IMG/VR virus record: IMGVR_UViG_2897842695_000001
Coordinates: 31,652 to 95,651 of that record
DNA length: 64,000 bases
Strand: one strand, 5' to 3'
From: a virus
Taxonomy: Duplodnaviria; Caudoviricetes
A model generated the notes under the pieces. That model was not told the DNA's origin. It saw only the letters and a program-made list of their open reading frames with translations, and did not search any database. The position numbers and the translations under genes are program-made. Numbering within the stretch: position 1 is the first letter of the stretch; the number at the start of each line of letters is the position of its first letter. Shown here one piece after another: positions 1 through 8,184 of this stretch.

Positions 1-33
1 TATGGTCCGTATTGGTGGCCGCTCAAGGTTGCG

Positions 34-282
34 TTGACCGCCGCTGGCTTTGATCTTGGTATCGATAGCGAAGAACTGACCCGCAAGCATTTTGCCTATG
101 ACAAGGTTGAATATCTGTTGTGTGCAGCGTGGGCCTATCAGAACCACCAGATTGAACAAGGTTACATGCTGGCTAATCTGCATACCTTTTACACCGATGA
201 TGAGCCATTCGAATACTCTATCGAGGATCATGATCTTGAAGCGTATGCGGTCAACAAGAGTGTAAAGCCGTACAAAAATTAA
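34..282 (+). CDS. hypothetical protein (possibly the 3' end of a gene starting before the window)
   Basis: ORF track; no recognised motif. Confidence 0.45.
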   Translation: MTAAGFDLGIDSEELTRKHFAYDKVEYLLCAAWAYQNHQIEQGYMLANLHTFYTDDEPFEYSIEDHDLEAYAVNKSVKPYKN

Positions 283-322
283 CCATTCGGAATAGATTCT
301 GTTTCTTTCTCAATAAATCTAG

Positions 323-351
323 TTGCACACTCAAATAGTTTTATATATATT
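323..351 (+). promoter_or_regulatory. sigma70-like promoter for the 75-aa ORF
   Basis: TTGCAC (323-328), 17-bp spacer, TATATT (346-351). Confidence 0.55.
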
Positions 352-397
352 CCATTCCGAACAAGACATTTTAAAACTTTGAAAAAAGGACAATACA

Positions 398-625
398 ATG
401 AAAAATGTAGCAACTGCTCTTATCCTATGCGTAGTATCTTTTGGCTCTGTAGCTGGTGGTACATACGGCGGCAACATCCAACCTACTGCTGCTGATTACG
501 CTCAAAGCTGGAACGGAAAGGCTGGTAAACAGGTACTTAACCGAGGCGTGCGCATTGAATGGTTCGCTGACGCATGCGGCACAAAAGACGGCCACCAGTT
601 CGACGCTAGCAAGTGTTCAAAGTAA
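398..625 (+). CDS. small secreted protein (moron-like)
   Basis: Signal-peptide-like N-terminus MKNVATALILCVVSFGSVA; two C-terminal Cys; AAGGA RBS; own promoter and terminator. Confidence 0.75.
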   Translation: MKNVATALILCVVSFGSVAGGTYGGNIQPTAADYAQSWNGKAGKQVLNRGVRIEWFADACGTKDGHQFDASKCSK

Positions 626-644
626 GTAAGAAAGATTCGACAAG

Positions 645-669
645 AACCCGCCAATTTGGCGGGTTTTTT
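645..669 (+). terminator. Rho-independent terminator
   Basis: AACCCGCC-aattt-GGCGGGTT plus T run. Confidence 0.85.
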
Positions 670-792
670 ATTGCTGTCGTAATTCCTATTTCGTGACATA
701 AGAACAATAATTGTATTTTTTATTTGTTTTCGTTCTCGGAGTGACTTATTATTCTCGAAACATCAAAATTTAGGCAACCGGAGTCCCCGTCC

Positions 793-2046
793 ATGAATGA
801 AGTAGATCGCTTGATTGCTGTCGGCCAGCGCATGCAAAAAGAACAACTAAGCAAGAAAGAGTTGTTAGTAACGGAAAGAAAAGTAAAAGTAACTGATGAT
901 ATCGTCGGTGAATTGCCTCGCCTGATTTACAACCACTGTCTGAACAAAACAGCGGTACGTAAGCAAACGCCATTTGGTACAAATACATTCCAAGATCGCA
1001 TCCAAGAGGCGATTGATAGCGGCGTTATTACTGAGCCTGTATTCCACAACAAGCAACACCTATTTACTCGTCATGATATTGCGGCTCTTTGGGAGCATTG
1101 GGGTTTTGAGAAGTATCGCGATCACCATGTACCGCGTGCTATTGCGGTAGAAAACCAGAAAGGTGGCACGGGTAAGTCCACAAGCACAACGACACTTGCT
1201 ACTGCTACAGCTTTGGACCTAAACACTAATGCTCGCGTTCTGGTTATGGAGCTTGACCCGCAAGGTACTAACGGCCAAGGCATGATTAACCAAACTATCG
1301 TTTCAGACGATGCCGTGTTCCTTACTCCAGTCGATCTAATTCTTGGCGAGTTCGAGAATGATAGCGAGTTCCAAGGCTTAATTAATGCTGGTTACACTGA
1401 GCATGAAATTATCCAAAACTCACCGTTTAATACTCACTTACCAAACCTTGATGTTATGCCAGCTTTCTCTACAGATGAGCGTTTCCTATCAATGTTCTGG
1501 CAAGCTGACCACGAAACGCAAATCAAGCTACTTACTCGACTAAGCAAGGTAATCATTCCGGCGCTTAAAGAGAAGTACGACCTGATTTTTATCGACACAC
1601 CACCACAAGAATCACCGCTTGTTTGGGTTGTGAATGAGGCTCTTGATTGCTTGCTTATTCCGGTAACACCTCGCGAGTACGATTACGCTTCAACGGTTAA
1701 CTATGCGATCACCACTGGCGCACGTTTCAAAAGCCTACCATCTAAGGGCGAAAACCTGATCTGGAGTCGCTTTATTGTTGTTAACCACGACGATAAAAGT
1801 AAGGCCGAACTGGATACCATTGGCAAGCTTACGCGCACTGCTCAAGACCGCTTGCTGTCGGCGCAAATCTTACACTCTGAGCTAGTTTCCTATGCTAGTA
1901 ACTTGAACCGTACAGCGCTTGACGTTGCTAAGACTGAGCGAGCTTGTTCTAACGCTCGATACGATGAGGCAATTCTAGGTATCAACCAAACGTACAAGCA
2001 GATCATTCGTGAGATTAAAGCGATTTCAGTTAAGGGAGAGGAATAA
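793..2046 (+). CDS. parA: type Ia plasmid partition ATPase ParA
   Basis: Deviant Walker A KGGTGKST, ELDPQG, IFIDTPP; long N-terminal extension; upstream of parB. Confidence 0.95.
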   Translation: MNEVDRLIAVGQRMQKEQLSKKELLVTERKVKVTDDIVGELPRLIYNHCLNKTAVRKQTPFGTNTFQDRIQEAIDSGVITEPVFHNKQHLFTRHDIAALWEHWGFEKYRDHHVPRAIAVENQKGGTGKSTSTTTLATATALDLNTNARVLVMELDPQGTNGQGMINQTIVSDDAVFLTPVDLILGEFENDSEFQGLINAGYTEHEIIQNSPFNTHLPNLDVMPAFSTDERFLSMFWQADHETQIKLLTRLSKVIIPALKEKYDLIFIDTPPQESPLVWVVNEALDCLLIPVTPREYDYASTVNYAITTGARFKSLPSKGENLIWSRFIVVNHDDKSKAELDTIGKLTRTAQDRLLSAQILHSELVSYASNLNRTALDVAKTERACSNARYDEAILGINQTYKQIIREIKAISVKGEE

Positions 2047-2048
2047 TT

Positions 2049-3059
2049 ATGGGAAGTGGTTTCGGTAGCGTTGTTTCTAAGCATGACTTGTTAGGGAAAC
2101 AAAACAAAGGACAGCAAACACAAGGTAATGGCCTTTCTCTTGGCGTTAAGCGTGAAAGTAAAGAATTTAAGCTTGAATCCGGAGTCGTTAATGCGATTCG
2201 TATGGTTATCAGTGCTGACGAGGTTGATACTAAAACTAAGTCTCACCCGCTAAACCCACGTAACCAAGAGGCGCTTAACGCCGTGTCTGTTGGTTCTACG
2301 CTTAATTCCGTTCGCGAGAATGGTATTGATACAGATTGTTTGGGTATTTGGTCTGACGATAAGAAAACAATTCTGGTTATCGAGGGAAGCGTGCGCCGAT
2401 TCTGTGCGATAACAGCAAGCAAAGACTATCCTATTTGGGTTCTACCCGCGAATAGCGCATCTAACAAAGATATTCGTCGCTTGGTGGCCGATGCTGGCGA
2501 CAAGAAGCCTCACTCATGGCGCGAACGCGGTAAGGCGTATTGGAGTGAAGCCGAGGAACTAGGCAAAGATCCATCAACACTGAAAGTTGATGAATTGGCG
2601 GCTTTACTTGGCGTTGGCCGTGAAACGATGCGTAAGTGCATTCAAGCATTCAAGATTGATATTCGCTTGTTATCTCTCATTCCCGATTATGAGGGCGTGC
2701 CTACCTCGTTCTATGGAAAGCTGGCAAAAGTTGAAAAAGAGCTGGCCCGTAACTTCATGAACTTAGGTGAATTTTGCAAAAAAATAAGCAAGCAATTAGA
2801 TAGCGCCTCATCAATGGATGTGGTGGCCGCTCAAGAGTATGTAATGGAAAAAATCTTAGCGGAGCTTACCAAAGAAATAGGCGGTTCTAATGGCGCGGGT
2901 TGGGAGACTATTGATGTAGTTAAGTTTGACTCCAAAGACAAGCACGTAAGAAAGAGCGTTAGCCCTAATGGCCGCACCGTTAAGTTTGAGTTGTCCCGCA
3001 TCGATACTTCAATCATTGATGATATTGAGCAACTTCTAAAGGACCGCTTAGGGAAATAA
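2049..3059 (+). CDS. parB: P1/SopB-type partition protein ParB
   Basis: NPRNQEAL, VIEGSVRRFCA (ParB box), HTH LAALLGVGRETM. Confidence 0.92.
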   Translation: MGSGFGSVVSKHDLLGKQNKGQQTQGNGLSLGVKRESKEFKLESGVVNAIRMVISADEVDTKTKSHPLNPRNQEALNAVSVGSTLNSVRENGIDTDCLGIWSDDKKTILVIEGSVRRFCAITASKDYPIWVLPANSASNKDIRRLVADAGDKKPHSWRERGKAYWSEAEELGKDPSTLKVDELAALLGVGRETMRKCIQAFKIDIRLLSLIPDYEGVPTSFYGKLAKVEKELARNFMNLGEFCKKISKQLDSASSMDVVAAQEYVMEKILAELTKEIGGSNGAGWETIDVVKFDSKDKHVRKSVSPNGRTVKFELSRIDTSIIDDIEQLLKDRLGK

Positions 3060-3081
3060 ACTGGATAGAACACCATATTAC

Positions 3082-3117
3082 AAAAGCTCACAAGTGCATG
3101 TTCTTGTGAGCTTTTTT
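3082..3117 (+). terminator. terminator after parB
   Basis: AAAAGCTCACAAG...CTTGTGAGCTTTTTT. Confidence 0.8.
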
Positions 3118-3128
3118 ATGGCTGGTGG

Positions 3129-3354
3129 AAAAACAAGGGGGTTGTTCGCCAGAGTAAAACCAAAAAACAAGGGGGTTGTTCGCCAGAGCAAAACCAAAAA
3201 CAAGGGGGTTGTTCGCCAGAGCAAAACCAAAAAACAAGGGGGTTGTTCGCCAGAGCAAAACCAAAAACAAGGGGGTTGTTCGCCAGAGCAAAACCAAAAA
3301 CAAGGGGGTTGTTCGCCAGAGCAAAACCGAAAAACAAGGGGGTTGTTCGCCAGA
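3129..3354. repeat. 7 tandem 33/34-bp direct repeats; candidate centromere (parS/sopC-like) or iteron array
   Basis: Unit AAAAACAAGGGGGTTGTTCGCCAGAGCAAAACC; GGGGG runs start at 3137, 3171, 3204, 3238, 3271, 3304, 3338; directly downstream of parB. Confidence 0.9.
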
Positions 3355-3365
3355 AACAACGCCTG

Positions 3366-3722
3366 TCAAAGTGGATGGATTATTGGTTCTCTGTCTTTGG
3401 TCAGAATGTAGTAACCGCCGTTTCGATATACACCAACTAGATAGTGATCTACTGGTATCAGCTGCCAATCGACCAAACCATCTTTATCGTGCGTATAGCC
3501 GTTCAAGTTAACCAGCTTTACCCGTTTAACGTTGAGCAAGTACACGTTATCCAACGTTCCTAAGTATGGCTTATAGGCCAATTCACCATCTTTTAGTAAA
3601 GCGGGGATATTGTTGCCAATTACGGAATAACCAAACAATAGCCCGTCCTCATTCAACGGTAGCGAGCCAGCATTCCAACGGTGACGGATTGTAAGCATGG
3701 GGAATATAAGATCTGATAACAA
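3366..3722 (-). CDS. hypothetical protein
   Basis: ORF track; follows ddrB in the same orientation. Confidence 0.6.
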   Translation of the reverse strand: MLSDLIFPMLTIRHRWNAGSLPLNEDGLLFGYSVIGNNIPALLKDGELAYKPYLGTLDNVYLLNVKRVKLVNLNGYTHDKDGLVDWQLIPVDHYLVGVYRNGGYYILTKDREPIIHPL

Positions 3723-3760
3723 AACGCCAGATTACCATAGGCAAGCTGGCGTTTTGAATA

Positions 3761-5641
3761 CTAACGCTCTTGAGCTGGTTTGGTCATATCGCCAGTTCTT
3801 AGCCACCATTCAAAATCAAAGATACTCATAGCGACGATCGAGCCAAGGCCGTTCCAATCAGGCTCATAGTTTGCCATGTATGCCGCTTCGGCCTCGCCCT
3901 CGTTATCAAAACCAAGCATCACCTTATGTTCATCGAATGCGCCATCTTGATCCGTTTGGTTAACAATGAATACTTTCTTGCACTGCTCATTAGGACCGAG
4001 GAACACATCAACCGGATCACCGTCAGCGCCGGTCGTGCCGCGAATATCGCCGTAATGGTTTTTAAGCTCAATGGACCATTTATTGCCGTCAGCATCCGTG
4101 CCGGTTCGCTGGCTTCCTTTTGGGTTCTCGATAGCGATTGCAAAGCCGTTGAATGTCACTCGGCCTTTAAGGTAATTTCCAGCTTTCTTTTGGGCCGCTG
4201 TTGGTTCTGGTAAGTCGTTAAGTGGTGATGTGGCCGCTTGGTTTGCTGCCTTGTCTATATTGGCTGACTCGAACATAAAGCCAGTTTGTACACCCTCATT
4301 TTCTAGTTCTTGGTTTACACGGCCAAGAATATCAATGAGCGTTGCGTTACCACCACCGAACATATCGCCCATTGCTTGCCCTTGGTGAAGTAACTCACTA
4401 TTGATTGCTTCGGCCATCGCTTTAAAGGCCATTGCCATGCGCTTAGAGCTTCGGTTGTTGGCCGCAATGAATCTTGCCAATGCTTCGGCTTCCGGATCGT
4501 TGTCACCGAACAGGCCGGATTGAGCAAGTAGCTCATCGATGTTTTGACCGGTATCTTTCGCTTGTCTCACTAATTCGGTTGCACGCACCAAAGCATCAAG
4601 CGCGTTCTGTGCCAAGCTAGGTTGAGATTTATTGATTTCTACCGCTTGAGCCAGCATATCAGACGTTTGTTTATGGATTTCGCCATCTAGATACTGCATT
4701 TCAACAAAAGCGCTAGCAGCGCCATTGAGCGCGTTTAAGATATTGCGGATTTCCGGATCAGGTTCTTCGGCCACCAGCTTAACCAGCTTTTCGTTTTTGT
4801 ATGCCTTGGCAAAAACAGCATTTTGCATGCGCTCGATTAACTGGCGCGTTGGGCGGCCATCTTCGGTTAGTAGGCCAGCTGTAGAGTTATCCCCAATTTC
4901 AGTTAAAAAGCTGTTCAAAAAGCTTTGGTTACTTTGGGCCAGTAGGTTTCCGCTTTCGCTTGGATTAAACAGCGCGATCATCTTATCGTCTATGCGTTCA
5001 GCATCGACCCAAGCGGTTTCTGCGGCACTCATTTGCTGCAAGTCCGATAGGTTAGAGTCACGGGCAAACTTGGCGCGGTCCACTTCGGTAACGCGTTCGC
5101 GAACCAGTACCGGTGCTTTCATTCGTTTAATCTGGTCGGCATCGAGATCATAGCGCTTGGCATTGTCTGTCAGGAATTGACGGTAGTTGTCAGCCTTACC
5201 CTCTGCGTATGCTTTGATGATTGCCATTGAACGGCCATTGCCAGACTCGACAACGTTATCAGGACCGACAATAGGCGCACCATGACTTGATAGGCCGCTA
5301 TCAGTTAGCTGTTGTGGGCGTAGCTCTTTTGCCATCTTGGAGATCTGCATTTGAGAGGCTACCCGCGTGCGATCGCGTGGCTGTAGGATTTGCGGGAACG
5401 CTGGATTGATTCGACCATCTTGTGTGTTTGACGGTATCAGATCGCTAGCTTCCACCAGCTTAAAGCCGGTTTCCACTTCGTCACCTTTTGCTGTTACTAC
5501 GTAGCTAGTTCGCCCTAGTCGTTTTAACGTTGGTTCAGCTGGGGAATGGATCGGCGTGCTTCCACTGGCGAGCAATTCGAATATGGCACAAAGCTCGTTA
5601 ATATCGCGTGCGCCGGTAATTTCAGTTTGAACGTTCAGCAT
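3761..5641 (-). CDS. ddrB: DdrB-like protein (ddrB-ParB domain plus C-terminal inorganic-pyrophosphatase-like domain)
   Basis: LQPRDRTR, GAPIVGPDNVVESGNGR; C-terminal AQKKAGNY...IENPKGS...GADGDPVDVF...FDEHKVMLGF; P1 dar-operon synteny. Confidence 0.85.
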   Translation of the reverse strand: MLNVQTEITGARDINELCAIFELLASGSTPIHSPAEPTLKRLGRTSYVVTAKGDEVETGFKLVEASDLIPSNTQDGRINPAFPQILQPRDRTRVASQMQISKMAKELRPQQLTDSGLSSHGAPIVGPDNVVESGNGRSMAIIKAYAEGKADNYRQFLTDNAKRYDLDADQIKRMKAPVLVRERVTEVDRAKFARDSNLSDLQQMSAAETAWVDAERIDDKMIALFNPSESGNLLAQSNQSFLNSFLTEIGDNSTAGLLTEDGRPTRQLIERMQNAVFAKAYKNEKLVKLVAEEPDPEIRNILNALNGAASAFVEMQYLDGEIHKQTSDMLAQAVEINKSQPSLAQNALDALVRATELVRQAKDTGQNIDELLAQSGLFGDNDPEAEALARFIAANNRSSKRMAMAFKAMAEAINSELLHQGQAMGDMFGGGNATLIDILGRVNQELENEGVQTGFMFESANIDKAANQAATSPLNDLPEPTAAQKKAGNYLKGRVTFNGFAIAIENPKGSQRTGTDADGNKWSIELKNHYGDIRGTTGADGDPVDVFLGPNEQCKKVFIVNQTDQDGAFDEHKVMLGFDNEGEAEAAYMANYEPDWNGLGSIVAMSIFDFEWWLRTGDMTKPAQER

Positions 5642-5871
5642 TACTCAATCACCTTTGCATTGAAGCCAAACAAATAGGCTTTGTAGATAAAATCACTTGG
5701 CGACTCTCTCTCATCAAAAGAAGAATGGCCGGACGAATTAGGCACATCCATATAGGGAAATTTCATAGACACTTTGGAAAAGAAAACACTACTTCTCTCG
5801 TAAATATCGGTGCTTTCTTCAAAGTAAACTTTGCCTTGTTCCTTACCATCCGTTAGCTCGATAACTATCAC
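5641..5871 (-). CDS. hypothetical protein
   Basis: Overlaps both neighbours (translational coupling). Confidence 0.65.
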   Translation of the reverse strand: MIVIELTDGKEQGKVYFEESTDIYERSSVFFSKVSMKFPYMDVPNSSGHSSFDERESPSDFIYKAYLFGFNAKVIE

Positions 5872-7010
5872 TCTTTGTTCCCCATCACTTTGTTGTATTT
5901 GCGGCGGTTACTCTCAAGCTCATGCAGTTTTTCAATAACGGTAAGAATGAACTTGAAGTGCTCCGGATCGTTGACCACCATTCGACCGAGGCCATACACA
6001 CTGTTTAAGCTCTCGATACCCATAGAAATAACCTCTGTTGCAACGGCACTATCAATATCAAGTTTGTTCTGGCCGTGATTCACATAGAACTTGGTTACAT
6101 ACGGTGAAAATGCACCATCATCGATCGCCAGTTCGTCGTCGCTGTAACCGTTCTTGCGCTTCGGTAGCGGCCTGTCGTGAATGTCCTGATAAATGTCTGG
6201 TAGGCTTCGGATACCTTTTGATTCTTCCAAACGCTTTTTGAGAAACGCCTTAGTCATTTCTAAGATTTCGGGATAGTCGTACTCAATAGAGTGGGCCAGC
6301 TCATGCCAAAGCGTTGTTTGTGTCAGCTGCGCACCTACGTTGATAGTGCGGTAAGTATTGCTGTAGTTGGCTCTTGGTGATGTGTAATCGAGTTTCATGC
6401 TTTCGCCTTGATACGCGATCAGCTGGTAGAAACGGGCAAGGTCAAACTGGAGTCGGTCATAGCCGTCTTTTCGCTTGTAGTCACCGTCCTTTTGTCGAGA
6501 TAGTCGGGCCTTGATGTTTGGCGAGGTTTCCAGCTGTGCGGCCATTGCTTTGGATTCTTCCTCGCTTACCGGCGAGCGATTACGCATAGCCCAAACGGCA
6601 CGGATCACCTTAGCGCCAGCGGCTTTGTATTCTTCGTCAACGATATTCTTAAATTCGTCGTACACGTCCCAAGTGTGAGTATTGCGGTCTTGTTCTGAAT
6701 CCCCGCGAACCAGACGATAAACATCATAGGGAGCGATCATAGTCGGTAGCTTTTCAAGTACCTCGCGCTTTTTCTTCTCACTCCATTTTTGGGCGTTGAT
6801 GATGCGGTTAATCTTTTCATTACTGTTGATGCGGTCGGCAATCTTCTGTCTGCCGTCAGTTGGGATTGAGTAACCGAGATCGTCTAATATGTTCTGGCCG
6901 TGCTCGACCAATGAGCCATAGTCAAAGGTCGTAACGCGTTCGTATGCAGCGATCAGCTCATCAATACTTTGCGTTGGCCGTATTTCTTTTAGTGCAGATG
7001 TGAAACTCAA
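5868..7010 (-). CDS. zincin-like metallopeptidase-domain protein, probable virion cargo
   Basis: HExxH motif LWHELAHSIE; downstream SPYVTKFY...TEVISMGIE. Confidence 0.7.
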   Translation of the reverse strand: MSFTSALKEIRPTQSIDELIAAYERVTTFDYGSLVEHGQNILDDLGYSIPTDGRQKIADRINSNEKINRIINAQKWSEKKKREVLEKLPTMIAPYDVYRLVRGDSEQDRNTHTWDVYDEFKNIVDEEYKAAGAKVIRAVWAMRNRSPVSEEESKAMAAQLETSPNIKARLSRQKDGDYKRKDGYDRLQFDLARFYQLIAYQGESMKLDYTSPRANYSNTYRTINVGAQLTQTTLWHELAHSIEYDYPEILEMTKAFLKKRLEESKGIRSLPDIYQDIHDRPLPKRKNGYSDDELAIDDGAFSPYVTKFYVNHGQNKLDIDSAVATEVISMGIESLNSVYGLGRMVVNDPEHFKFILTVIEKLHELESNRRKYNKVMGNKE

Positions 7011-7091
7011 AAGTCGCTCCTTTGGACCAAAGAGCGGCGAGTTTTAGCATGCCAGCAACTAGGCACTGACACGCTAAAAATAGGACGGGGA

Positions 7092-7214
7092 TTATAGGGA
7101 GTTTAACAGTTTGGTTAGAGCTTGCGTGTACGTTCGACGCTCAGACTTAGGTATGTTTGAGTTAGTCGCTTGCTTGTAATAATAATCAGCTTTTTGTTTG
7201 TTCCAGCTGTCCAT
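7092..7214 (-). CDS. 40-aa small protein (not in ORF track)
   Basis: MDSWNKQKADYYYKQATNSNIPKSERRTYTQALTKLLNSL with GGAG RBS upstream. Confidence 0.45.
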   Translation of the reverse strand: MDSWNKQKADYYYKQATNSNIPKSERRTYTQALTKLLNSL

Positions 7215-7266
7215 TGTTAATGCTCCATAGAGATAGCATGCCATCGAGACATGCTACAGGTGAAAA

Positions 7267-8136
7267 TTAGGCGGCTATCAGATGAGGATTTCGTTTTAGC
7301 CACTCGATAGTTTGCGCCTTAATTTCGTCTAACTCTAGTCCCTCAGAATGCACATCGCGCATTACATCGACGAACACATTAGGTTTAACCGTTGCGAACT
7401 CACCGGCAAGAAAACGCTTAACAAGGTCGCTTTGTTCTACTGGCTGATCTTCAATGTAATTCGTGTCTAGCTCATCATCGAAATACTCTTTACCGTCTTT
7501 TGGTAGCTCGGAAAGGTCCAACTTAAAACCTTTCTCTTTTGCCATACGATTAATTTCGTATGTGCTCATTTCAATGTAATCGCCTTTGATGTGGGCCGAT
7601 TTGTCGTAAGCTATTGCCACATTCAAAAGGTCCGATAACGCAACGCCGCTACCTGTTTTTGGACGGACCGCGTATAGGTAAACATCCAAACCAGAATCAC
7701 GGCCTTTGTACTCGACAACTTCGAGGACAGTACCCACCGGAATCTCTTTGTTAATCTCGATGTAGTAACCTTGAGAGTCGTCACCTTTGACGATAGCTAG
7801 GCCAGTAAGGCCAGCTTCACGTAACGCGTTCTCTGCGCGGTGTGCTTTGCCCCAACGCTCCATTTTAGCGTTATAGATAATATCGCCTTGGTTAACCTTA
7901 GCGGCTATTTGTGATGAGTAACGGTGCGTTTTAGGTCCACTCTGTTGCTCTGGTTCTGGTTGCGGCTCTGGTTGCGGTTCTGGCTTGATGGATTGACCGG
8001 TTAGCTTCTTAGTGATCTCGTTCCGTTGACGGCCTTTCTTGAGTCGTTCCACCATCGGTAGATCGCCGCTTTTCAAATCTTTCAACAAACCATTAGATTC
8101 ACGGCCTAGTGAAAGCTTTTCTTTCATGCTTAACAT
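7267..8136 (-). CDS. ddrA: DdrA-like protein with a large internal insertion
   Basis: C-terminus LVKRFLAGEF...LDEIKAQTIEWLKRN resembles P1 DdrA; follows darA; PEPQ linker. Confidence 0.7.
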   Translation of the reverse strand: MLSMKEKLSLGRESNGLLKDLKSGDLPMVERLKKGRQRNEITKKLTGQSIKPEPQPEPQPEPEQQSGPKTHRYSSQIAAKVNQGDIIYNAKMERWGKAHRAENALREAGLTGLAIVKGDDSQGYYIEINKEIPVGTVLEVVEYKGRDSGLDVYLYAVRPKTGSGVALSDLLNVAIAYDKSAHIKGDYIEMSTYEINRMAKEKGFKLDLSELPKDGKEYFDDELDTNYIEDQPVEQSDLVKRFLAGEFATVKPNVFVDVMRDVHSEGLELDEIKAQTIEWLKRNPHLIAA

Positions 8137-8184
8137 TTGTTGTCTCCGTAAATAAGGCCGCTAGCGAACTAGCGGCGTAGGTTG

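Noticed and set aside
3078-3511. Several overlapping ORFs across the repeat array, and the array as a CRISPR
   Set aside because: The ORFs are translations of a stop-poor tandem repeat. Units abut with no unique spacers and there are no cas genes.
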